Shown: positions 1-9,799 of the stretch, piece by piece | Numbering within the stretch: position 1 is the stretch's first letter | Layout: each line of letters begins with the position of its first letter | Virus record (IMG/VR): IMGVR_UViG_3300028591_000091 | Length of the DNA: 64,000 bases | Direction: 5' to 3' (one strand) | DNA from: an uncultured virus (IMG/VR IMGVR_UViG_3300028591_000091) | Lineage: Duplodnaviria; Heunggongvirae; Uroviricota; Caudoviricetes | The notes under the pieces: model-generated | Database searches by the model: none | What the model was told of the DNA's origin: nothing | The model's input: only the letters and a program-made list of their open reading frames with translations | Made by a program: the position numbers and the translations under genes

Positions 1-454
1 AATACTCAGAATAAGTTTTTGGATTTCCTATATTACCTCCCATAAGATTAATACCAGGACCATATGCAGCTTTTAAGGCTTTTCCTATTTCAAATACCTT
101 AATGTCGTGACCATTTCCTGGATCTATACAAACTCTGAAAGGTCCGCTCCCCGATGGTCTCCTCTGTAAAAAATTCTCTGCTATCTCTTTTAGTGAGAAT
201 GCTGCAAATATATAATTACAACCTTCAAGCCTTGTGTTTAGGGGTATAGTTCTAGGAAGAATAGGTCTAATTCCTTGGTTGTTCCATACCCTCCAATTCT
301 TTTCTGAAATTACCGAGTCCATAGGAGAGGTAAAGATAGGAAGACTTTGAATCTTGTCTATAGGATCTGTTACACTAAAATCATACTTTCCCACTCCACC
401 ATTCTTTTCTGATGGTACAAGTGCAATATCTACAAAATCTAATAGTTTTTCCAT
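1..454 (-). CDS. IMP dehydrogenase/GMP reductase-family protein (partial, runs off window start)
   Basis: Manual translation from ATG at 454: MEKLLDFVDIALVPS...LPIFTSPMDSV...VCIDPGNGH...LMGGNIG. These match IMPDH/GMPR motifs (P-x-x-x-x-PMD, IDxANG, GNV/I). Absent from the ORF track because it has no stop in the window. Confidence 0.7.
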   Translation of the reverse strand, partial: MEKLLDFVDIALVPSEKNGGVGKYDFSVTDPIDKIQSLPIFTSPMDSVISEKNWRVWNNQGIRPILPRTIPLNTRLEGCNYIFAAFSLKEIAENFLQRRPSGSGPFRVCIDPGNGHDIKVFEIGKALKAAYGPGINLMGGNIGNPKTYSEY

Positions 455-474
455 ATTATATAAGGAGTTCAAGT

Positions 475-783
475 TTAAAAAGACTCTATCATCTTTTTTA
501 GATGTTCTGTTAGTCTTAAAATACCATAATCAGGATTTTCATAATATTTTTTTATTAGCCCCTTATATAAAATAAAAGATGGAAAATATATAATCCCTTT
601 ATCAATTATAGGACCAGAATTGCGGTATTTGTAAAGAGAGCAACTATTTACTTCAAATTTTTTCCAATAAAGTTGTTTAATTCCTGTAAAATTTTTATTT
701 TTAGGAATCCTTATCAAAACAAATAGTTCATCGTTAAAATTATATTCTATATATTTCCTAGTTTGAATATATCTGATTTCCAT
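475..783 (-). CDS. hypothetical protein
   Basis: 102 aa ORF, co-oriented with neighbours. Confidence 0.6.
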   Translation of the reverse strand: MEIRYIQTRKYIEYNFNDELFVLIRIPKNKNFTGIKQLYWKKFEVNSCSLYKYRNSGPIIDKGIIYFPSFILYKGLIKKYYENPDYGILRLTEHLKKMIESF

Positions 784-811
784 TTAAGTAATCTATAATC
801 TATTTTTAGTC

Positions 812-1102
812 CTAACAACACGATCCATGTTTAAGCCAGCATTTAAACTCTTCTAATGTGATTGTAAATTTTCCACAATCATTAAAATCGTCAAAAAATA
901 ATTTATGTGAAGATATAATATAGGGAAAGCCAATACGTTCTAAAAATATTCTTTTTAAAATTTTTATTTTATATTTATTCTTGGACTTTTTGCTTGAAAT
1001 TTCAGTAATTATATTATAATTTTTATTTTCATCAACCCAAAAAGAGAATATAATTTTATAAAAACAATAAAAATGTAAAATCCTATAACTAACTTCAATC
1101 AT
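812..1102 (-). CDS. hypothetical protein (small Lys/Phe/Ile-rich family, cf. 8418, 35908)
   Basis: 96 aa ORF; start overlaps the recombinase stop; LKRIFLE resembles LKNIFLE and LKKVFLD in paralogs. Confidence 0.6.
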   Translation of the reverse strand: MIEVSYRILHFYCFYKIIFSFWVDENKNYNIITEISSKKSKNKYKIKILKRIFLERIGFPYIISSHKLFFDDFNDCGKFTITLEEFKCWLKHGSCC

Positions 1103-2115
1103 TACGAAATCTCTTCATCATAACAGATATATTGATTGAAAGCTCTCTCACTAGAATGTCCGGTTGCTCTAAGAAGTTTATTACGAGGAACATTTCTTAG
1201 CGTATTGATGGTGGCAAAAGAACGACGTGCACTGTGAGAAGAAATAAGTTGATACTTTGGTTTAGTCTCCTTTATTATAACACCATTTATTCTATTGTCT
1301 ATATTAATGGGTTCTAAAAATTCTTCTCCAATATGATATAGAATTTCATGAAGATATGTATTGAAATTATTTATATCACCAGAATAAGGAGCATAATAAC
1401 CATATCTTTCTAGAATCTCCCAAACCACCTTACTCTCTATACTCATCGTGTTTATATCTAAGACACATTTATTTCCAGTCTTTTGTTGAACTATAGAAAA
1501 CTGTCCATTCCTAAAATTTAATGGAGTAATTCGTACAAGATCAGAGTATCGTTGTCCTAAATTACAGCCTAACACGAACATATCTTTTACTCGATTTAAT
1601 GTTAGGAGTTTATTTTTACTATAAAATACCTCTTTCTTTAATCTGAAACTATAGGCCTTTTCCATACCTAACTTAAAATGATAGATATGGCTTATTTCAT
1701 CTGGTGTTAGAGAGATTTTGCTGGATGAATAACTAGGAACATCAACCTCATTATAAGAAGGATCTAGCCTAACTCCATATTTTGAAGACCAGTTTAAAAC
1801 AGCTATAAGATTAGATTTTAATAGTCCGATAGTAGAATATTTTAGTCCCTGATTAACTAAGAATGGAATAAAATGATTCCAAAAGACAGAGCTAATCATT
1901 ATAGGATAAATAATACAACCAGTCAATTTTTCTACTCCCATCAATTTATTTACTAAGAGCTTATAATTCTCTATTATTTTAGGATGAGATTGAGACTTTA
2001 TTTCACACATTTTTCTAATGCACTGTATAAGAGAACTTCCACTTAAGTCTAGAACAAAGGAATCACTGCCACTTGATATCAAATAATTACGAAAATTATT
2101 GTCAATATTATTCAT
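1102..2115 (-). CDS. tyrosine site-specific recombinase (probable invertase of the adjacent shufflon)
   Basis: Catalytic set R (LGQRYSDL), K (QQKTG), HxxR (SSHSARRSF), H (TGHSS), Y (QYI); starts 58 bp from the first recombination site. Confidence 0.9.
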   Translation of the reverse strand: MNNIDNNFRNYLISSGSDSFVLDLSGSSLIQCIRKMCEIKSQSHPKIIENYKLLVNKLMGVEKLTGCIIYPIMISSVFWNHFIPFLVNQGLKYSTIGLLKSNLIAVLNWSSKYGVRLDPSYNEVDVPSYSSSKISLTPDEISHIYHFKLGMEKAYSFRLKKEVFYSKNKLLTLNRVKDMFVLGCNLGQRYSDLVRITPLNFRNGQFSIVQQKTGNKCVLDINTMSIESKVVWEILERYGYYAPYSGDINNFNTYLHEILYHIGEEFLEPINIDNRINGVIIKETKPKYQLISSHSARRSFATINTLRNVPRNKLLRATGHSSERAFNQYICYDEEIS

Positions 2116-2172
2116 AATTTTATAAATTTTTGTTATTATATTAGTAAGGAGTTGACCATTTTTGTGAAAATA

Positions 2173-2202
2173 TGTACAGATTTATGACAATAAGTATGTG
2201 CA
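2173..2202 (+). repeat. shufflon recombination site A
   Basis: TGTACAGATTTATGACAATAAGTATGTGCA; identical to site C; reads VQIYDNKYVQ in frame with cassette 1. Confidence 0.85.
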
Positions 2203-4855
2203 ATTCCGTTACATGCTCCAGTATGAGAATACAACAGATGGAAATGCTGCATTTATTAATACCGCTAACTGGCAGGGAGTAGATGTAGAACCAATTCGTA
2301 ATAGCAAAAACTTACTTGAAAGCGGAGGAATAGCAGAGATTTTATACGGCAATAATGTTTCTCGTACATTCAACGCAACAGCAGGAACTAATCTAAATAC
2401 AACTTCGTGGCCAGTTAATATAAATGTGCCAAGCGGAACAGAAGTTTCTGTGTTAATATCTTCTGAAAATATTGGATATGTCCAGGTAGATAATTTTTAT
2501 ATAAAAGTTAATGGCAATTTTCAATCATATTCAGATAAACCCTATATTAACGTAAAGAAAAAATATACATTCCAAAACGATGTAACTGCTTTTGGTTTTC
2601 TTCTTTACGGAAACAATATACCGTCCAATACAACAATTAAATTGGAATGCCATACCAAAATTGGCATTAAAGGTGAATTGTTAAAAGACGCAGAAGAAAT
2701 TAATGGGATTAACATAAAATTACCATTAAAAGCTGATGAAAATGAGGAAAGTGTCAATTTGTTTAATCCTGACGATGAGAATATAATAGAAGATAGTTAT
2801 ATTAAAACAGACGGAACTGTTGGAAGTAATGGTTCATATATTATATCTGCCCCTATTGCTGTTAAGCCAGGCGAATCTATAGTCTCTAATAAGTTAGGAA
2901 CTTCTGCTGCGGGTGCATTGTACGAAAATGCAGATTCTACCACAAAAGGGTATTTTCTCGTATCAACATCTCCTTACGTGCTATCAAACCCAACGGACAA
3001 GGTTATGTATGCAAGATTCAGCTACCATAAAGCCCAGACCAATATTATGGTTAATAGAGGTACTACACCACTTGCATATCAACTATATACAGATTCAAAT
3101 AAAGTCATTCGAGAATCTGACGTTGTAAATGAAACTGGGAGTTCTACAAAAAAGCCAATTTCTCAAAAGTTATTTACCGATAGAATATCCAATACTATTG
3201 GTAGCGATTCTATTGTTCAAGTGCTTGGTAATAATGAGAATAAAATAATATCTCAAGCAAAAATAACAGAGCTTCTTGGACTTGATTTTGGTGGTAACGT
3301 ACAAAAGAAAAAGTACAATACAGTTTCTGGAACTTCACTTAATACAACATCAAATCCGTTGCTGTTTAATGCAAAGAAAGGAGATACGTTGCATATATGT
3401 ATTTTGGGAGGGGAAAGCAACGTGAATGCGGTAGCAAGGGTTTTCTATTATCGTAACAATGGAAATTTTGTAAACGTGACAACTACGATTCAAGGTGAAC
3501 TTACACAAGGTCACGAATACACCTATATAATGCCAGCAGATGCAGACGCTTTTGGATTCTTGTCTGATGGTGATGCTCATGATAATGGATACCTACAGCT
3601 TGTTATATGGACGCAGGATTCTATTCCAGTAGATGTCAAAAATCAGACTATAAAGAAGTGGACGCTTGCAAGAGTTGTTAGACAATGGATGAATGGAGAT
3701 AAGTGTCCTATTGGATTCATTGGTGATAGTACAACTGATGGAACAAGCACTACAGGATGGAGTGTACAAAATTCGCACCCACGTCAAGATGCAAGAAATT
3801 GGCTTGAAGACCATCCTGAGTATATGCCAAGTGCAAGCACGGAAACAAGAGAAGCAGCAGCGCAAGCTGCGGGAAAAGGTAGAGGTAGTGTAGATTATAT
3901 ATGCGAAAAGGCATACCCGTATTTACTTGAAAAACTAATACAGTCAGAATTTGGCAATAATAATGCAAGAGTGTATAATATTGGTTATTATGGGATGGCT
4001 CTTACAAGTTATATTAATGTAGGAGATTTTTTCTCGGACGCATACTCTGATTGTAAGATGGCGGGTATTATCCTTGGTATAAATGACCGAGGAAATGTGA
4101 ACAGCTATGGTAAATATTACAATAGCGTCCTTCAACTTTTAGAAAGGTATGTAATTTGGCTAAATCGTATCGGCATTACCCCATTTATGGTTACAAATCA
4201 GTATGTAACACAAAGCGGTAATAACCCAAACACTGGCAGTGGTATCCCAGACATCATGTACAATGATGATGTACAAACAATCACCAACAGAGCCAAAATT
4301 GAAGTTGCCAAGAAATATGGTCTTGAAGTTATAGACATGAATGGATTTGGAAGACTTGTGTTTATGTGCAGTAATTACGCTTATAGTAACCTTACGGAAG
4401 ATTTACATTTTAAGGATTTGGGACATAAATTGGAAGCTGGATTCTTATTCTCACAACTCATTCCTTGGGTAAACAAGACGGGGGATGCCCGAACAGTGTA
4501 TATCGGGTTTGGTGGTGCATACAACAAGAGCGAATTTAATGTTGGTAAATATGAGACTGGCACTAATGACCGTTTTAAGAGAGAGATTAATTATACAAGA
4601 AGTGAAAGTACAAATATTTGCATTTTTGATTCCTATGTATTCAATAATTCTCTGGATGGTGCATATACTGTTAAGTATCTAACCCCTGCTGCAAGTGGGT
4701 ATATAGTTATTGATGGCGACACAAGCAATCCAATAATAATCAACTCTACTGAAATGACTCTTGACCCTTGGGATATTGGTCTGCATCATGTTCAAGTCTA
4801 TACTGGGGAAAGTACAACTGTTGCATTCAAAGGATTCTTACTTGAGCAAAACTAA
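2198..4855 (+). CDS. silent variable C-terminal cassette 1 of tail/receptor-binding protein, SGNH/GDSL esterase domain
   Basis: Begins inside site A (GTG is part of the site); N-end resembles the repeat in 4968-8108 (NWQGVD-EP--S-NLLESGG); SGNH blocks IGDSTT, GIND, DLHF. Confidence 0.8.
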   Translation: MQFRYMLQYENTTDGNAAFINTANWQGVDVEPIRNSKNLLESGGIAEILYGNNVSRTFNATAGTNLNTTSWPVNINVPSGTEVSVLISSENIGYVQVDNFYIKVNGNFQSYSDKPYINVKKKYTFQNDVTAFGFLLYGNNIPSNTTIKLECHTKIGIKGELLKDAEEINGINIKLPLKADENEESVNLFNPDDENIIEDSYIKTDGTVGSNGSYIISAPIAVKPGESIVSNKLGTSAAGALYENADSTTKGYFLVSTSPYVLSNPTDKVMYARFSYHKAQTNIMVNRGTTPLAYQLYTDSNKVIRESDVVNETGSSTKKPISQKLFTDRISNTIGSDSIVQVLGNNENKIISQAKITELLGLDFGGNVQKKKYNTVSGTSLNTTSNPLLFNAKKGDTLHICILGGESNVNAVARVFYYRNNGNFVNVTTTIQGELTQGHEYTYIMPADADAFGFLSDGDAHDNGYLQLVIWTQDSIPVDVKNQTIKKWTLARVVRQWMNGDKCPIGFIGDSTTDGTSTTGWSVQNSHPRQDARNWLEDHPEYMPSASTETREAAAQAAGKGRGSVDYICEKAYPYLLEKLIQSEFGNNNARVYNIGYYGMALTSYINVGDFFSDAYSDCKMAGIILGINDRGNVNSYGKYYNSVLQLLERYVIWLNRIGITPFMVTNQYVTQSGNNPNTGSGIPDIMYNDDVQTITNRAKIEVAKKYGLEVIDMNGFGRLVFMCSNYAYSNLTEDLHFKDLGHKLEAGFLFSQLIPWVNKTGDARTVYIGFGGAYNKSEFNVGKYETGTNDRFKREINYTRSESTNICIFDSYVFNNSLDGAYTVKYLTPAASGYIVIDGDTSNPIIINSTEMTLDPWDIGLHHVQVYTGESTTVAFKGFLLEQN

Positions 4856-4967
4856 TATACTTATTGTAATAAGTAGATTCATAGGAGATTGATAAATAAA
4901 GGAAAGGATAGACAAAAACTACCCTTTCCTCTTTTATTTTAAGTACATCCTTTTTACAAGAACTATA
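4856..4967. repeat. ~110-bp inter-cassette spacer copy 1 with probable bidirectional terminator
   Basis: Near-identical to 11883-11994; hairpin AGGAAAGGATAG...CTACCCTTTCCT with A-rich and T-rich flanks, between convergent cassettes. Confidence 0.8.
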
Positions 4968-7900
4968 TTAAATAGTCCATAATATAACTTTTATTGCCCG
5001 ACCATAATCTGTAGCAAAATGAACCTTCAAATAAGGGAAGTCATTTGTTGCTATTATTTCACCGTATGGTGTTGCAACTCCAGCTGTTAATTCAGATGCA
5101 GTGAATCTACGAGTAGATATTCCTTCTATATCATGGCTTTTGCTACCGGTTATATTGCAAAACTCATAATAGGTTGGTGTGGCATTTGCAGAAGCAAAAC
5201 TAAATGAAGAACCATCTTGAACTACAGTTGCATTGACTACGATGAAATGGCAATATTCACTATTCTGCGAACCAGTTAAACGTGCTTTGTAAGTTCCATA
5301 AGATAGTCCACTTAATGTCTCATCTATACCAGATATTGCATTGCTTTCCAATAGAACATCATCTTTATAGACTTCAAGCGTAGTAAAACCTACATCAGCG
5401 TAGTCAGTACGAAGATTCAGAACAACATTGTCTCCTTCAATATAATTTGCCTTTTCGCCATAATTAGGACAAATATCATCATTGTAAGTATATGGGACTA
5501 ATGTCTCATCACCAACTGCAACAAATTGATTCTGTGGTGTATACTCACGATTTTCATAAAGTTTTTTGTAGCGATAAATGACATAATTACCACCAAATTC
5601 TTTTAGTATTTCATTAAAGGATGCGACATCGCTATAGACAGTTGTTATCACGCCACCTTGCGCTGCCTCTGTTATTTCTATTTCTACAGGTAAATTGTTC
5701 TTATCTCTTTTAATACCAGTAACCATACGAATATGACCAGTCATTAAAAGACTATCAGCCAACTTAATACCATACGCACTTTGGTCATCGACTTTTTCCA
5801 TTTCGTCCCATCCTGGTATTTCTGTTGTAGTTATATTCATAGGAAGACCATAAGCATAAGCTATAAGACCAGAGCAAACAGTACCATAGTATGCAGCACA
5901 GTTTCCTCTATGGTAAGTCCTTCCAATAGCACTCGTTGAATTATCCTTGTTGACATTCTCTGTATATACTACACTTCTTGGATTATTTACAGCAGTCATA
6001 AATGTTTCAAACGATACATCTATGGCAACAAATTGTGAATATTCAGCAACAGAAGAATATATCATTCCGGTCTTTTCGATATTAGGTTGATATGTACCTT
6101 GATTATAAGGTATTCTTCCTTTAGGAGTCCATTTAATTGTAGATAATTGTGCGGCTTTTAGTAGAGCATTATAAACACCTATATTATCAGGCTTGTCATA
6201 CGGGTCAAATGATATTTGTTGAACTAAATACTCTTTCAAAGAAACTGTTTCAGAATTATAGAACTGAACTCTTACAAATGCTGCATTAGATGGAGCAATA
6301 ATAGCTATATTCTCATAATCTTTTGATACGCCAATACTATTGATATAAGATTCCAAAAAAATATCATTATCATCGTAGAAACAACATAAACAGGCATTTG
6401 CATGACGATATACTCTTCCAGAGACAAGATACACTTTATTTTCTTCTATAGAAAATTTCCTTACACCATAAGTTGTACTGCCCGATACAATCGTTCCATT
6501 GTTGTATAAATAAGAACTTCTGTTTGTACTTAATGCTACTATATCAAGTGTCTGCAAGTTAGTCTTGTTTGCTAAATCATTATATAGAATAGAATTGTTA
6601 ATAGTTTGTGATTCTACATCTTCTTTTAGACTATCTACCTCCTTTATTTTTTTAGCAAGTCCATCAGTATCTGCATCACAAAAGAAAAATATACCCTGTT
6701 TTTCATTTTTCCAATAAGTAAAACGAACATACACAGCACCATTAGGCACTACTGTCTTATCAATAACATAACCATTGTGGTCACTATTGGTTTCTAATAC
6801 TGAACTATTAGGGATAAAATGCTTCTCGGAATCATAAAACGCCAAACCTAAAGTCGGTGCACTGGTTGAACTTTTGCAAACTCTCGTGTATAAAATATTC
6901 GATATTCTAGTAATATCAATATATCCAGTCTTCATCCTTGAGTCTGGAGCACTTTGGGCACTGCCATCTGAACCTCTAATACTACCTACAGAAGAAGAAA
7001 ATGGGATTTTATTATATTGATAAATCGCTTGTCCAGCACCAATATTATTTAAGGCTTGTGTTTTCTGCTCATCAGTCAAAATTTGTGGTGAAACACCAAC
7101 AAAAGTAGATACTGCTCTCTTAACGATAAATCCTGTATCAAGGTCATTGCGCCAAAGCAAAAGATAGGTACATCCATCAGGGATTTTCATCCAAATACTT
7201 ACGTTGGGGGAAATTCCATAAACACTTGTTCCCGCAACAACTGGTACATTACCATTAGCAGAAGCAGCATTTGTGGTTGCAAAAGCAACTCTAAGCGTGT
7301 AATCATCTATTCCATCTATATGATAGATTTCTCCTGCTGTAACTGGAAGATATATATGTTTGTTAGCCCTATTATTATTAAAAGTACCGTTTAATAAAAT
7401 CTTAAAATCAGCCGATGTATAGGACACCTCATAAGCATTGTCCATTCTGACGCTATTCAGCGTAGCAATTTCGTTTTCTGAACAAATAAGAGCATCATCA
7501 TCTATGCCCTGCCACTGAGTAACATCAGTAGTAAAGTTCTGAGCCGTACAAAAGAACTTAACATAGTTATTGTCAGAAGTCTGTACAAACTTTATGCTCA
7601 TTCCACCTTTTCGAACAGATGTAGGAATATAAGTTCCTAGGTTTGCATCACTGAGAAGAGCACTCAGACTAGCAAAAGTGGTGCCTCCGTTATGAGCACT
7701 AACGTCATATACTCCACCCAAAGCAAGTTCTTCAGCTACACCACCACTCTTCACAAGGTTATCACTAGACGCGGTTGGAACATTATCAATATTTTCACTA
7801 ATCCAATTTCCTGTAGTAGTATTGAAAGTGGAAGAAGAGAGTCTATACTGTTGATAAGTATGACCTGAGCTTTCAATATACCTAATGCTCATTCCTCCCT

Positions 7901-8108
7901 TTTGTTTGGCCAGAGGAATAGCAGCTAAAGCTAATGATAAAGTTGAATACTCGGCAGGCGTTAGAGGATCACCACTAGCATTATACTCAGAGATGTCAAA
8001 AATATCATTAATTTCAATTTGGTTTCCGTCTCTATCTATTACTCCGTCGATATGAGTTAGAGGATAGAAAGTTTCACCATTTCTCGTAAGTCTCCTAATT
8101 TCACTCAT
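4968..8108 (-). CDS. tail fibre/receptor-binding protein: constant N-terminus (8108-~7590) fused to currently expressed cassette 2 (possible NlpC/P60-like Cys-His domain)
   Basis: Only cassette-bearing ORF with its own ATG and upstream promoter-like motif; tandem N-terminal repeat (DxSxxN...KGGMSI); site B in frame (FVQTSDNNYV); YGTVCSGL...GHIRMV resembles NlpC/P60 catalytic Cys/His. Confidence 0.75.
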   Translation of the reverse strand: MSEIRRLTRNGETFYPLTHIDGVIDRDGNQIEINDIFDISEYNASGDPLTPAEYSTLSLALAAIPLAKQKGGMSIRYIESSGHTYQQYRLSSSTFNTTTGNWISENIDNVPTASSDNLVKSGGVAEELALGGVYDVSAHNGGTTFASLSALLSDANLGTYIPTSVRKGGMSIKFVQTSDNNYVKFFCTAQNFTTDVTQWQGIDDDALICSENEIATLNSVRMDNAYEVSYTSADFKILLNGTFNNNRANKHIYLPVTAGEIYHIDGIDDYTLRVAFATTNAASANGNVPVVAGTSVYGISPNVSIWMKIPDGCTYLLLWRNDLDTGFIVKRAVSTFVGVSPQILTDEQKTQALNNIGAGQAIYQYNKIPFSSSVGSIRGSDGSAQSAPDSRMKTGYIDITRISNILYTRVCKSSTSAPTLGLAFYDSEKHFIPNSSVLETNSDHNGYVIDKTVVPNGAVYVRFTYWKNEKQGIFFFCDADTDGLAKKIKEVDSLKEDVESQTINNSILYNDLANKTNLQTLDIVALSTNRSSYLYNNGTIVSGSTTYGVRKFSIEENKVYLVSGRVYRHANACLCCFYDDNDIFLESYINSIGVSKDYENIAIIAPSNAAFVRVQFYNSETVSLKEYLVQQISFDPYDKPDNIGVYNALLKAAQLSTIKWTPKGRIPYNQGTYQPNIEKTGMIYSSVAEYSQFVAIDVSFETFMTAVNNPRSVVYTENVNKDNSTSAIGRTYHRGNCAAYYGTVCSGLIAYAYGLPMNITTTEIPGWDEMEKVDDQSAYGIKLADSLLMTGHIRMVTGIKRDKNNLPVEIEITEAAQGGVITTVYSDVASFNEILKEFGGNYVIYRYKKLYENREYTPQNQFVAVGDETLVPYTYNDDICPNYGEKANYIEGDNVVLNLRTDYADVGFTTLEVYKDDVLLESNAISGIDETLSGLSYGTYKARLTGSQNSEYCHFIVVNATVVQDGSSFSFASANATPTYYEFCNITGSKSHDIEGISTRRFTASELTAGVATPYGEIIATNDFPYLKVHFATDYGRAIKVILWTI
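7561..7587 (-). repeat. shufflon recombination site B (inside expressed gene)
   Basis: Minus strand TGTACAGACTTCTGACAATAACTATGT. Confidence 0.85.
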
Positions 8109-8417
8109 AATATTAATTTTTAAAATTATGTATTACCTTTCTATTTAGGTAACTTTACAAACACGCCCAATAAAGGGTTTTCTCCAAGAACCTCAAAACA
8201 CAACAAACACTATTTTCCGAAAGTTAAGGGTTCCGAGGTTCTAAGATTCCCTATCCTTTCTATAATTGTAAGAGAGAAAGATCAAATTTTAAGACTTTCC
8301 CTAAATATTATTCTTCTCAATATATAAGGAGAAGTGACATTTTTTTGATGTTTTAGTGGGTCAATTTAACTGAAAAAAGAGCATTTTTGTTATGAAATAA
8401 TAAAAAGTAGCTTTATA

Positions 8418-8750
8418 TTAGCTACTTAAAATAATAGTTCTTAGAGAATAACGATACTCTGCAAAAGCACATAAAATTTTATCTACATCCTTAAAAGATA
8501 TTTCAATTTCGTGAGATTTCATTTTTATAGGATAGCCAAGATAATCGTTAGGCCCTCTTTCAAAAGTAGAGTAAAACTCTTTTTCTAAAAAAATATTTTT
8601 TAGGTGTTTTCTTTTAAGAATCTTTTGCTTTTTTATGTCTTTGAGGCGTAGCCAAGGAATAACATAAAAGAAATCGTTGGGGAATTTATAAAAAATAGTT
8701 ATAACACTTTTATCTTCTGAAGGATAACCTATTATACATTCAACTTTCAT
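8418..8750 (-). CDS. hypothetical protein
   Basis: 110 aa ORF overlapping upstream gene. Confidence 0.6.
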   Translation of the reverse strand: MKVECIIGYPSEDKSVITIFYKFPNDFFYVIPWLRLKDIKKQKILKRKHLKNIFLEKEFYSTFERGPNDYLGYPIKMKSHEIEISFKDVDKILCAFAEYRYSLRTIILSS

Positions 8751-9300
8751 AAATTACTCTAGATATCTGAAAAGTATAAACTTTTTCTATCTCAGGTTCA
8801 TCTGCCAAATATTCACACTGACTTCTTTGTTCTCCTATATATTTTCCCCACTTACACCATCTCCATCCATCTTCCTCTGGTTGATCTTCTTTTCTGATGG
8901 CACATAGAAAGATAACAAACTTCTCTTTCGATTCCTGATAATATTTCAATTCAGGTATCTTTTCAAAAATTTGTTCCCAACTATCACAAACACCATAAGG
9001 ATAACTTATATATGCCAATCCTCTCTTATCAAGTAATATTGGATAATGTAATTCGGAAGCAAAATCGAGAGTTACATATTCTTGGCCCATAAACTTTACT
9101 CCCTCAAAACACGGATCATTTACGTCATAGTATTCATAAACTCCGGTAGATAATTTCTTTAGTATATTTCCCCACTTTAAGTTTCTAAGATTGTTGGCCA
9201 CTTCATCACCATCAACCTTTCTTATGTCTTCAATAACTTTCTCTACTCCTGGATAATCCCATACTTTAGATTCCGGATTATATATTAGATCAACAAGCAT
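8740..9300 (-). CDS. hypothetical phage protein (GWRWxKWGxYIG motif)
   Basis: 186 aa ORF with normal composition. Confidence 0.7.
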   Translation of the reverse strand: MLVDLIYNPESKVWDYPGVEKVIEDIRKVDGDEVANNLRNLKWGNILKKLSTGVYEYYDVNDPCFEGVKFMGQEYVTLDFASELHYPILLDKRGLAYISYPYGVCDSWEQIFEKIPELKYYQESKEKFVIFLCAIRKEDQPEEDGWRWCKWGKYIGEQRSQCEYLADEPEIEKVYTFQISRVIYES

Positions 9301-9769
9301 TTTCTTTTCTAGAAATAGAAAGTGTGATGTGTAATTTACCTAAGTGTATTCCTCGGCTATTAAATCCCCAACTACAATAATTACTTTTGTCGTAACTGAT
9401 GTAAAGATTATATTCTCTTCCCATCACTTCTTTATACAATACTTTATACATTTTTTAAATTGAAATTTATTATACATTATTAAGGATTTCGTTGTTTGAG
9501 ATTCGCGCAAGAAACATAACAAGGTGTATAATATCTGTGTTTCACAAAATATATTCACACCTTAAAAATTACACACGGGGATCTGAGATAAAGAGAGCCA
9601 GTTTAAATTCTCCCCGTGTTTCCCATTCCCTTGCGCAAAAGAAAAACAACAGACATTTTTAGCCTAATTCTTTCCAATCATCACAACAACCTATACAGAT
9701 ATCGTTAAGATAACAATTAGAACACCTAGTATGATCACTAATACCTATTCTTTTATTTTCAATAAATTA

Positions 9770-9799
9770 TGTACAGATTTATGACAATAAGTATGTGCA
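9770..9799 (+). repeat. shufflon recombination site C
   Basis: TGTACAGATTTATGACAATAAGTATGTGCA, identical to site A, in frame with cassette 3. Confidence 0.85.

Noticed and set aside
1102..2115. Prophage integrase marking an attachment site
   Set aside because: Phage-like genes lie on both sides, no tRNA or host boundary is visible, and the adjacent inverted sites explain the enzyme
2913..4682. Short alternative-frame and antisense ORFs in the track (here and throughout, e.g. 55850-56050, 49258-49539)
   Set aside because: They are shadows of longer genes or of structured non-coding DNA, with no motifs
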